NCBI GenBank assembly: GCA_023474975.1
Contig: JAMCXE010000003.1
Span: forward strand, 1 to 35,300
Direction: 5' to 3'
Origin: Patescibacteria group bacterium
GTDB taxonomy: Bacteria > Patescibacteriota > Minisyncoccia > UBA6257 > 02-FULL-45-10c
Length of the DNA stretch: 35,300 nt
The notes under the pieces were generated by a model. It had not been told where the DNA came from, did not search any database, and saw only the letters and a list, made by a program, of their open reading frames with translations. Below are positions 24,989 through 32,724 of the stretch, piece after piece (positions within the stretch are counted from its first letter, which is position 1; each line of letters starts with the position of its first letter). The translations under genes and the position numbers were made by a program.

Positions 24989-27019
24989 TTATTTTCCTTC
25001 TTCCTGTTTAGCTTTTGTTTCTTTCATGAATTTTTTTAGTTCTTTTATATCCTTATCTGAGGCATTGTTAGATTTAGATTTTTTAATAAGTTCCTCGCTT
25101 TCGGAGATCTTTTTATGAAGATCGTTAACTTTTTGCAATGTATTTTCTTTAGAATTTTTTACCAGCCTTGTTAGATTGATAATGCGTTCTTGTGCGATTC
25201 TCTTTTCTTCCGGGTTCGTTATTTTAGCTATTTTAGCATTTAGTTCCGCTAGGTCTTTTTCGAATATAGCCGATCTGTCACCTCCACCCGCGTTGCCCCG
25301 AGCTTCTTTTTGTTGGCTTGCGGAAATGATCGTTTGTTGATTTATGCTTATTGGCTGATCTATCGCCGTTTTAGTTGCTCTGACATTCTCTAGTGCTTTG
25401 GCTATACCGTCTCTTTCTTGTTCTAGTTTTGACAAATCTGAACCTTGAGGATTTTTACGCGCAGCATCTATCTCTAGCATTTTCTCCTCCCATTTCTTAT
25501 TAAGCTCCCCTTCCTCTTCTGTTAATGCCGACTTCATTGTTAATTTTTCTTTCTCCGCGAATTCTTTTTCTGGACCAGCTTGCTTTGTTTTTTCATTTTC
25601 TGTACGCTCATTTTCTTTCTCTTTATATTCCTTCTCTTCTTTTAAGCGTAATTTTCTAGAGTTCCAGCCTAAGCCGGCGCCGATTTCTTCTGATGTGGCG
25701 GTATAAATTCCGCTAAGGCCACCATATGTTTTTTGGAAGTCTTCTGAGGATTTGGCGACTTGTCTAAGCGGCCTTGTCGCGCTTCTGACCAAGCCATACT
25801 TTGAATTTTTATACTTTTCACCAAATTCTCCAACTTTCTTAGCAGCAAATCCAAGACCAGTAAGACCTATTGCTGTAGACGCGGTTCCTTTTAAGATGCC
25901 ATTTATTGCTCCGGTTGCAGCATTAGTAGTCCATTTTCCCGCAATGCCAGAACCCTCTTCGGCTTTTTTAATACCATACATCAGTATCGCAACCACCATG
26001 ATCATAGAACCGATGTTCGGACCCATACTTTGTATCACGTGACTCGGGTCGTCAACCAAAGCTTTTTGCATATTTGGTGTGTCCACAATGCCTTGTATTG
26101 CGGTATAGGATTTAAGCGCTATGTAAATGTAAAATCCGGCGATTGGTCCGAAGAATGTTTGCTGTAAAAATTTTTTAGACCAATCTGACCAGCCACTTCC
26201 TCCTATTACCCAACCTATTATTGCAGCCGGTAAAGTTATTAAAAGAATGCCGATAATCACATATCTCATCAAGAACATTGCCGCTAATCCGAACATGGTG
26301 ATGGCGCCAACTGCCGTAATTATATCGGCAAATATCAGGCTTGCTAATACCTGTACTGTGGCTGCGCCAAAATTAAGAAGGGTAGAGTTAGGATCGAGCG
26401 TTGGAGGCTGCAATACTTTATACATTTGCATTGCGCTAGACAGCGCTTGAGCGACGCCGCCGTTACCGGATTGACTATTGAAGGAAGCTAGGAAGAAATT
26501 TGTAAGCATTCCGGCGAAATCAAGAACTACAGTTGCCAGGAGTAAGCTAAAGTTAATAAGAAGAGCCGCTATTATAAGCTTAGGTAGAGCTTTTTTAACT
26601 TGCAGTGAACCGGTATTTAAAATAGTTTCAAATGCAATGATTATTATTAAAAATACAAAGGCGAGATTGGCAATATCCCTGGTTATCGGCCAGCCGATCT
26701 GAACTGCAGGATTATCAACAATATTAGAATTTAATTCCAAAACCCAGTTTAATATTATTCCGCCTAAAAAAAGAGCGAGATGGAAAAAATACCCCAGAAC
26801 ATACAATAGTAAGGTGAGTATCCAGGATACCGCTGTCATTATGCTTTTGCCTGGATTTGTAATGAAATCTAGCGCGCTGGGTGTCGATGGCGCGTTTGAT
26901 GCCACCTGAGTAGCAGATGACGCAGCCTGCTGGGCGTGGGCAAAACTATGCGGTATTAATAAAAACACCGCCACTAATAGTCCGACAAAAATTATTTTCC
27001 TTATGTCTATTTTTTTCAT
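24989..27019 (-). CDS. VirB6/TrbL-like polytopic membrane protein with a long Lys/Glu-rich coiled-coil C-terminal tail
   Basis: 676 aa. Signal peptide (..HSFAHAQQ), about 8 hydrophobic helices over residues 60-400 or so, then about 230 aa of charged coiled coil. The assignment rests on topology and context only. Confidence 0.5.
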   Translation of the reverse strand: MKKIDIRKIIFVGLLVAVFLLIPHSFAHAQQAASSATQVASNAPSTPSALDFITNPGKSIMTAVSWILTLLLYVLGYFFHLALFLGGIILNWVLELNSNIVDNPAVQIGWPITRDIANLAFVFLIIIIAFETILNTGSLQVKKALPKLIIAALLINFSLLLATVVLDFAGMLTNFFLASFNSQSGNGGVAQALSSAMQMYKVLQPPTLDPNSTLLNFGAATVQVLASLIFADIITAVGAITMFGLAAMFLMRYVIIGILLITLPAAIIGWVIGGSGWSDWSKKFLQQTFFGPIAGFYIYIALKSYTAIQGIVDTPNMQKALVDDPSHVIQSMGPNIGSMIMVVAILMYGIKKAEEGSGIAGKWTTNAATGAINGILKGTASTAIGLTGLGFAAKKVGEFGEKYKNSKYGLVRSATRPLRQVAKSSEDFQKTYGGLSGIYTATSEEIGAGLGWNSRKLRLKEEKEYKEKENERTENEKTKQAGPEKEFAEKEKLTMKSALTEEEGELNKKWEEKMLEIDAARKNPQGSDLSKLEQERDGIAKALENVRATKTAIDQPISINQQTIISASQQKEARGNAGGGDRSAIFEKDLAELNAKIAKITNPEEKRIAQERIINLTRLVKNSKENTLQKVNDLHKKISESEELIKKSKSNNASDKDIKELKKFMKETKAKQEEGK

Positions 27020-27042
27020 TTTCTAAGACTGGTTCCAATTAT

Positions 27043-28647
27043 TTATGGTGTAGTAGACGGAGCGGGCGTCATATAGTTGGCACAGGCAGAAAGAATGTCT
27101 TGGTATCCGCCGTTATCAGAATTGGTTTGTAGAATACTATTAGAATAATTTTGTATGCTGGAAAGTTCGGTTTGTGATGTGGCTAGGGCTTGTGTTGCTT
27201 TTTGCTGATCCATGGTTCCGTTAGTTACTAAATTTGAATAAGTCTTAGTCATTAGAGCCTCGCTGGTACTATCTGTTGGATCCATAGCATTAAATTGAGC
27301 TTGAGTGCTTTGTATTATAGCAATATCGTTTTGAACATCAGAAAGCTCTGATTGTAGTCCGTCTAGTGTCGGCTGAATAACATTATTGATCGTATCGGAT
27401 ATTATATTGGAACTGGTTAGATTGGAAATTTGTAATGTCTCTCCGTTGGGAAACGCTTTGGAAAGATCACAGGTAAGGAAATCGTTGAGCGCGGTCTTGA
27501 TAGCAGACTCAGTATTTATCGATTGATTTATGTTGGTTGCGGTGTTTTGTTTTATGCCCAGAACGGTATTAAAGTTAGAATTGAATAATGTGCGATCATT
27601 TTTAAAAATAAGAGAATTGATCTGGGCGAAACTTGCGTTTTGATAATCGGCATAAGCGGTATTGGTATTATCGCTATCTTTGTATCCTAATGCTCCGGCA
27701 ATTCCGTTCATCGCTAATAAGCTATATCGGTATATTACCGCATCGGCTAATGCTCCAATATATCCCGCAACGTCGTCAGCGGTTAATATCCCCGCAACTT
27801 TATTTGTATCGGTATACGTATTCCAAACCGACTGCGCTATTTGATTTCCGGGTGTAAGTGTTCGGCATACCTTCTGGTGAGTTTGAGGATCGATTTTGCA
27901 TTGCTCTTGAGGTTTGTATCCGGCACTGATCTGAGCGTCTATAGTTTTGGACTTCATAACATCGGCAAGAGTTGTTTCTTGTTTATCTTCTGTTATTAGC
28001 GTCGTGCCAAAAAAGTTATTTTGCGGCTCCCATAGGGTGTTATAGGTAAGCCATCTCCCCTTGCTTTGTTTGTCAAAGCTTTTGAAAAGATCGTCTATAT
28101 TTCCAACGATAGTGTTTAATGTGCAAGTTACATCGGCTCCGGGCTGCTGTTGAGGACTGAACAAGCTTAATGCTACGTTAACTTTTATCGGAGAGCAAAG
28201 AAATGGCAATGTTTGCTGAGCGAGCATTCCAACTGCCTCTTGCCCCGCTTGTTGAAAAAAAGCACCCCAATCGGAAACAATCGGACCGCCCTTACCCTCA
28301 AATCCGCCATTTTTGATCCATTCAGCCGCTGCATTGGCTAGCCTATCTAGTACTAATTTTTTTAAAGCTTGACCAGCCACTTGTTTTAAAATAGTAAGAA
28401 AACTTTGTGTTTTATCGCTTGCTGCCTTAGCTGCCACCGCCGCATTGGCGCCCGCCGAAGCCGCGGTGCTTATATTTATAGCTGCAATGTCAATTGCCAT
28501 AGGGCTCATAGGAGATTCAAATGTTGTTGTGATATCCCCGACTCCCAATACTGCGTAAGCTTTTTTGGGCATAAATAATCCCGGACCGAATAATAGGCTT
28601 GTCAGTACTAGCCCAACAACTATTTTTTTATAAAAATTTAAAGACAT
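27043..28647 (-). CDS. Large secreted hypothetical protein
   Basis: 534 aa with a signal peptide (..MPKKAYAV). I recognise no domain. Starts 3 nt after the upstream gene. Confidence 0.55.
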   Translation of the reverse strand: MSLNFYKKIVVGLVLTSLLFGPGLFMPKKAYAVLGVGDITTTFESPMSPMAIDIAAINISTAASAGANAAVAAKAASDKTQSFLTILKQVAGQALKKLVLDRLANAAAEWIKNGGFEGKGGPIVSDWGAFFQQAGQEAVGMLAQQTLPFLCSPIKVNVALSLFSPQQQPGADVTCTLNTIVGNIDDLFKSFDKQSKGRWLTYNTLWEPQNNFFGTTLITEDKQETTLADVMKSKTIDAQISAGYKPQEQCKIDPQTHQKVCRTLTPGNQIAQSVWNTYTDTNKVAGILTADDVAGYIGALADAVIYRYSLLAMNGIAGALGYKDSDNTNTAYADYQNASFAQINSLIFKNDRTLFNSNFNTVLGIKQNTATNINQSINTESAIKTALNDFLTCDLSKAFPNGETLQISNLTSSNIISDTINNVIQPTLDGLQSELSDVQNDIAIIQSTQAQFNAMDPTDSTSEALMTKTYSNLVTNGTMDQQKATQALATSQTELSSIQNYSNSILQTNSDNGGYQDILSACANYMTPAPSTTP

Positions 28648-28650
28648 TTT

Positions 28651-29421
28651 TTATTTAATCAATTGATTATTTTTAATGAATGTATTTTTGTCATTTTTTA
28701 AAACATTATATTGCTGGTAGACATTTGATAGTTCATTAACCGCCAGACTGGCTACGAAAGGATCTTGGTCCATATTGGCCAGGGCTTGATATATATTTTT
28801 TTCAGCGGTTAGTAGCTCTATTTCTTTTTTATCTATAGCTAGAAGTTCCGCCGGAACGGTTAAATTATAAAAATCTTTTATGGTTGAATTATAAACATTG
28901 ACCATCTGGATAAAATCGGAAGATTTAATATTTTCTACAGAAGAAAGAAGGCTTTTTGGTAATTTTTGGCCATTACTTAATATTATTGCATTGAAAGATA
29001 AAAAATAGTTTACAAGAGCATCTTTGCTGTTATCATTGGATATTTTAATGTCAGAATCGTTAATTGTTGGGTATAAACTTTTTGGGTCAAAATTTTTCTG
29101 CGCTTCGGCGAATAGATCATTGGCGAGATTTTCGGGTTTTGGTATAGCAACGTAATTTTGCCCATTCATTGTTATCGCCCCGTTAGGATTGACCGATGTC
29201 ATTTCGGCGGCGATCTTTTTTGCAAAAACCTCGCTTAAATTTACAGTTGAAGATGCTTGGGAGAGGGATATTTCCGTTCCGACCGGATTATTATTTACTA
29301 TATCAAGGCTGCTATTATTCGCTTGGGGGGCGGCCGGAGCAGAGCCGGAAACTATAAAATAAGCTCCGCCAAATCCGAGCCCTAAAAATAAAATAGTAAT
29401 GAGTATCTTTGATCGGCTCAT
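28651..29421 (-). CDS. N-terminally membrane-anchored hypothetical protein; first gene of the T4SS-like cluster
   Basis: 256 aa with TM anchor ILITILFLGLGFGGAYFIV. I recognise no domain. Confidence 0.55.
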   Translation of the reverse strand: MSRSKILITILFLGLGFGGAYFIVSGSAPAAPQANNSSLDIVNNNPVGTEISLSQASSTVNLSEVFAKKIAAEMTSVNPNGAITMNGQNYVAIPKPENLANDLFAEAQKNFDPKSLYPTINDSDIKISNDNSKDALVNYFLSFNAIILSNGQKLPKSLLSSVENIKSSDFIQMVNVYNSTIKDFYNLTVPAELLAIDKKEIELLTAEKNIYQALANMDQDPFVASLAVNELSNVYQQYNVLKNDKNTFIKNNQLIK

Positions 29422-29428
29422 TACTTAT

Positions 29429-29458
29429 ATTATACAACAAATTTAAATAAAAATGTAA
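29429..29458 (-). promoter_or_regulatory. Candidate promoter of the cluster: TTACAT, 18 nt, TATAAT, with the -10 only 7 nt from the ATG
   Basis: The minus strand reads gTTTACAtttttatttaaatttgttgTATAATataagtaATG. TATAAT maps to plus-strand 29429-29434 and the ATG to 29419-29421. Confidence 0.4.
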
Positions 29459-29482
29459 ACTCTAATATGCAAAATATAAAAA

Positions 29483-30511
29483 TTATAGATCCTTAATAAT
29501 TGATGCAAGTTTTAAGATATCGTTTACGGATAAGTTTTGCGGTCTGGAGTTTAGCGGCAGATCTAATGATCCAAGAGCTTTTTCTATTTGTTCTTTCGGA
29601 ATATCCGATCCGGATCTGAGATTGTTTAGCAATGTTTTTCTTGGTTGCTTGAAGATCGTGTGAATTAGTTTGTAATAGTTTTCTATTTCTTTTGCGAGAT
29701 TCTCATTTTTTATCTTGTCATTGCGAGAAGTCTGCGGCGCGGCAATCTCATGATGCATAGATCGCTTCGCTTTGCTCGCAATGACAGATTGGAGACTGTT
29801 AATTTCTTTTTTGGTGATTAGTCTAATAACGGCAGAATCAACATCTGGCGCGGGTTCGAAATCGGTAGGCTTCAGTTTAAAAATAATTTCTGGTTCTGCC
29901 CAGAATTGAGTTGCCGCCGCAAGCAAATTCATTCCGCTATAAACTGTTTTTATTCTGTCATTGCGAGGTCTCGCCCGTAGGGCTGCGACCGAGGGAGTCT
30001 GCGACGCGGCAATCTCATTAAGTCCAGATTGCTTCGGCAGCACTCGCAATGACGGTTTTGGTTGAGCGGCGATTCTTTCGGCTACTTCTTTTTGGACCAT
30101 TATAACGGTCAATTTTGGTTTGTATTCAAGCTCGCTAATAATTCTGAGTAATTTTCCGGTTATGTAATATGGGATATTGCCGACAATATTAAATTTTAAA
30201 TTTTTAATTTTTAATTCCTGAACGATTTTTGGCAGAACCTTTAACGCGTCGCCTTCAATGATTTCAACACCGTTTAGTTTTAAATTTTGAACTTTATTTT
30301 TCAGCTCGGTTGCCAATTCCCGATCTTTTTCTATGGCAATTATTTTAAAATTAGAAAGTGTAAGCTTAAAGCTTTCTGCCATAGGCAGGGTAAGCGCTCC
30401 TTTGCCGGGACCGATCTCGATAATTACATCGCCCTCCTCGATATTCAAGGCCGCGACTATTTTAGAAATAGCAACTTTATTTTTCAAGAAGTGTTGACCG
30501 AGTTTTTGCAT
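29483..30511 (-). CDS. rsmA: 16S rRNA (adenine1518/1519-N6)-dimethyltransferase RsmA/KsgA carrying two in-frame repeat insertions
   Basis: LGQHFLKNKVAISKIV, IIEIGPGKGALT, FNIVGNIPYYIT, MVQKEVAERI and FEPAPDVDSAVIRL. At 342 aa it is longer than is usual for this family because of two GC-rich inserts. Confidence 0.85.
   Translation of the reverse strand: MQKLGQHFLKNKVAISKIVAALNIEEGDVIIEIGPGKGALTLPMAESFKLTLSNFKIIAIEKDRELATELKNKVQNLKLNGVEIIEGDALKVLPKIVQELKIKNLKFNIVGNIPYYITGKLLRIISELEYKPKLTVIMVQKEVAERIAAQPKPSLRVLPKQSGLNEIAASQTPSVAALRARPRNDRIKTVYSGMNLLAAATQFWAEPEIIFKLKPTDFEPAPDVDSAVIRLITKKEINSLQSVIASKAKRSMHHEIAAPQTSRNDKIKNENLAKEIENYYKLIHTIFKQPRKTLLNNLRSGSDIPKEQIEKALGSLDLPLNSRPQNLSVNDILKLASIIKDL
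29717..29785. repeat. 69-bp GTCATTGCGAG...CTCGCAATGAC palindromic element inside the rsmA CDS
   Basis: Ends at 29717-29727 and 29775-29785. 69 bp equals 23 codons. Translated as ..VIASKAKRSMHHEIAAPQTSRND.. Confidence 0.75.
29957..30053. repeat. 97-bp GTCATTGCGAG...CTCGCAATGAC palindromic element inside the rsmA CDS
   Basis: Ends at 29957-29967 and 30043-30053. Shares the core agtctgcgNcgcggcaatctcat with the 69-bp copy. Translated as ..SLRVLPKQSGLNEIAASQTPSVAALRARPRND.. Confidence 0.75.
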
Positions 30512-30536
30512 AAGATAAGTTTAAAGTGTGAATATC

Positions 30537-30556
30537 CCCGCCTGCCGGCAGGCGGG
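30537..30556. repeat. Perfect 20-bp GC palindrome cccgcctgccggcaggcggg between the helicase gene and rsmA
   Basis: Read directly from the sequence. A related near-palindrome lies at about 505-520. No convincing U-tract follows on the minus strand, so its role as a terminator is uncertain. Confidence 0.6.
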
Positions 30557-30584
30557 AAAAATCAAAGATTTTTAAATTTTTTAA

Positions 30585-32510
30585 TTACTCTATATATATC
30601 GTTTCATCGTCCCAGTCGGCGTTCCTTTCTCCATAACTGGAAATTTTTGTAAATTCTATCACATCGCCCGGCAGCTCGCCTAAAAACCTAGAAGGTAAAT
30701 TATAGAAACTTATAAATAATTTTTTCTTGGCGCGAGTCATTGCAACGTACATGAGCCGTCTTTCTTCCTCAATGTCTTCGGCTTTAAAAAAAGACTGCTC
30801 GTGCGGAAGTAGGCCTTCGTTGCAGCCGATCAGAAAAACATTTTCGAATTCCAGCCCCTTTGCCGCATGAATAGTCATTAATTTTACAGCATTCTTCTGG
30901 AGCTTGGGTTTGTCGTCTGATGTTGAGGTTAGGGCTACCTCCTCTAAAAATTTGTAAGGATCTTCATATTGCGAAGCAAAATTGATCAACTCCTTTATAT
31001 TTTCCATTCTTTCGGAAGGATTTTTAAAATTTTTGACAAGATAGCTTGAGTAGTCGGTATTTTCTATGAAATAGCTTATGATCTGAACCAGGGTTAGTTC
31101 CTTGGTTAATTCGGGAAGGCTGGCTGTTATTGTCCGGCTCTTTATTTTTCCCAAACTTTTTTCTAGACGTTCCGCGCTGGCGGCGTCTTTAGGGTTATAG
31201 GCATAGCGAAGTCCGGCAATAATATCTTTGATCTCTTTTCGAGCATAAAATTTAAGTCCGCCATATATTTCATAAGGGATCTTGTTGCGGATAAAAACTT
31301 GTTCCACCGCGCGTGATTGCGCGTTGGTCCTGTAGAGTATCCCCATTTCTCCGGTTTGGGCGCCAGCCCTTACCATTTCTAATATCTTTCCGCAAATACC
31401 CCAAGCTTCTTCGTCGGCATTTTCATAGGCGGAAAGTTTTATTTGCTCCCCTTCGCCGTTTTTTGTCCACAAGTCTTTTGGCTTTTGCTGTTTATTGTTC
31501 TTGATGAGCTCGGAAGAGGCAGAAATTATCATTGCCGTTGAACGATAATTTTGCTCCAATTTTATTATTTTGGCTTTCGGCCAATCGAGTTCAAAATTCA
31601 AGAAATTTCTAAAGTCGGATCCTCTGAACTTATAAATGCTTTGCGCGTCATCTCCGATCGCAAAGATATTTTGATGTTTTTCGGCCAGTAATTTTATAAG
31701 CTGATATTGCGCTGTATTGATATCTTGATATTCGTCTATCAAAATATATTTATATTTTTCTCTATACTTCTCCAGAACCCTCGGTTCGTTTTTAAAAAGT
31801 TGAACAGTCTTGGTAATGAGATCATCAAAATCGAAGGCATTGCTTTTTTTGAGAACATCTTCATATTCTTCGTAAATCGCCGATATCTTTGCTTCGTGCG
31901 CGTTTTCAGAAATTTCATCCATATCTTTCAGTTCGTTTTTTATCTCCGAGATCTTACTCAAAATAGATATAGGATTGAATCTATCTTTGGAAAGCGCCTT
32001 TTCTTTTATTATTTTTTTGACGATGCTCAAAGAATCTTCACTGTCAAAGATAGTGAAATATTTTGTTCGTCCAAAAGCCCCGTTTGGCGAATCGGCCTCG
32101 TTCTTTAATATTTTTGCGCCGAAGGAATGAAATGTGCCAACAAACAGCTTATTTTCAAGGGTTTGTGATTCGTATGATTTTTCCGAAACCTCCGCAGCCG
32201 CATCGGCATGGTCCGCTCGTTGTATTTTTTCCGAGCGGCGATGCGGCGAGGACGAGCGAGTTTCGGGCTGGCGAAACGAAGCGTGTTGAGGTAAAACATG
32301 CGAATTAAAAACCCGGCTTCGCATCTCATTTGCCGCTTTATTGGTAAATGTTATGGCAACGATATTTTCCGGAGCTATTCCGGATCCTAGTAAATGAATT
32401 AAGCGACTGACCAGGGTTTTGGTTTTTCCGGATCCGGCCCCGGCCGCGATCAGTAATGGACCCCGATCGTGTTGCACGGCTTCAAGTTGCTTGTCATTTA
32501 AATTATCCAT
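30585..32510 (-). CDS. UvrD/PcrA/Rep-family ATP-dependent DNA helicase carrying an in-frame GC-rich insertion
   Basis: 641 aa. AGAGSGKTKTL, AITFTNKAANEM, GTFHSFG, ILIDEYQDIN, GDDAQSIYKFRG, QNYRST, MTIHAAKGLEF and VAMTRAKKKL. Confidence 0.9.
   Translation of the reverse strand: MDNLNDKQLEAVQHDRGPLLIAAGAGSGKTKTLVSRLIHLLGSGIAPENIVAITFTNKAANEMRSRVFNSHVLPQHASFRQPETRSSSPHRRSEKIQRADHADAAAEVSEKSYESQTLENKLFVGTFHSFGAKILKNEADSPNGAFGRTKYFTIFDSEDSLSIVKKIIKEKALSKDRFNPISILSKISEIKNELKDMDEISENAHEAKISAIYEEYEDVLKKSNAFDFDDLITKTVQLFKNEPRVLEKYREKYKYILIDEYQDINTAQYQLIKLLAEKHQNIFAIGDDAQSIYKFRGSDFRNFLNFELDWPKAKIIKLEQNYRSTAMIISASSELIKNNKQQKPKDLWTKNGEGEQIKLSAYENADEEAWGICGKILEMVRAGAQTGEMGILYRTNAQSRAVEQVFIRNKIPYEIYGGLKFYARKEIKDIIAGLRYAYNPKDAASAERLEKSLGKIKSRTITASLPELTKELTLVQIISYFIENTDYSSYLVKNFKNPSERMENIKELINFASQYEDPYKFLEEVALTSTSDDKPKLQKNAVKLMTIHAAKGLEFENVFLIGCNEGLLPHEQSFFKAEDIEEERRLMYVAMTRAKKKLFISFYNLPSRFLGELPGDVIEFTKISSYGERNADWDDETIYIE
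32182..32267. repeat. GC-rich nested palindrome inside the helicase CDS
   Basis: ccgaaac...gccgcatcg (32183-32205) pairs with cgatgcggc...gtttcgg (32239-32266). The central hairpin is ccgctcg-ttgtattttttc-cgagcgg. Confidence 0.65.
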
Positions 32511-32547
32511 ATTAGCTATTAATAAAATTTAAAGTATAAAAATCTAG

Positions 32548-32659
32548 TTAATTTTCAATTTCAAAGCTCAATTTTCAATGAAATCACAATGAATCAATTT
32601 ACAAACAAAAACTAGAAAATTAAAGCATTGAAAATTGGTAATTGGTGATTGAAAATTAA
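32548..32659. repeat. AT-rich compound palindrome built from AATTTTCAAT / ATTGAAAATT words in the divergent helicase/M23 promoter region
   Basis: ttaattttcaat (32548-32559) and aattttcaatg (32570-32580) mirror cattgaaaatt (32626-32636) and attgaaaattaa (32648-32659). Confidence 0.6.
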
Positions 32660-32724
32660 TTTTATGGTATTTTGTATATATTATTGATATCTTACGACAA
32701 CAATTAAATAAAGCAAAGGATTTG

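Noticed and set aside
30537-30556. The GC palindrome as the helicase gene terminator
   Set aside because: It is a perfect stem, but no U-tract follows it on the minus strand, and the same palindrome type recurs at 505-520. I therefore list it as a repeat rather than a terminator.
32063-32329. 81-aa (+) and 74-aa (-) ORFs inside the helicase gene
   Set aside because: Both are confined to the GC-rich palindromic insertion, where stop codons are rare in every frame. The helicase frame is continuous through this region.
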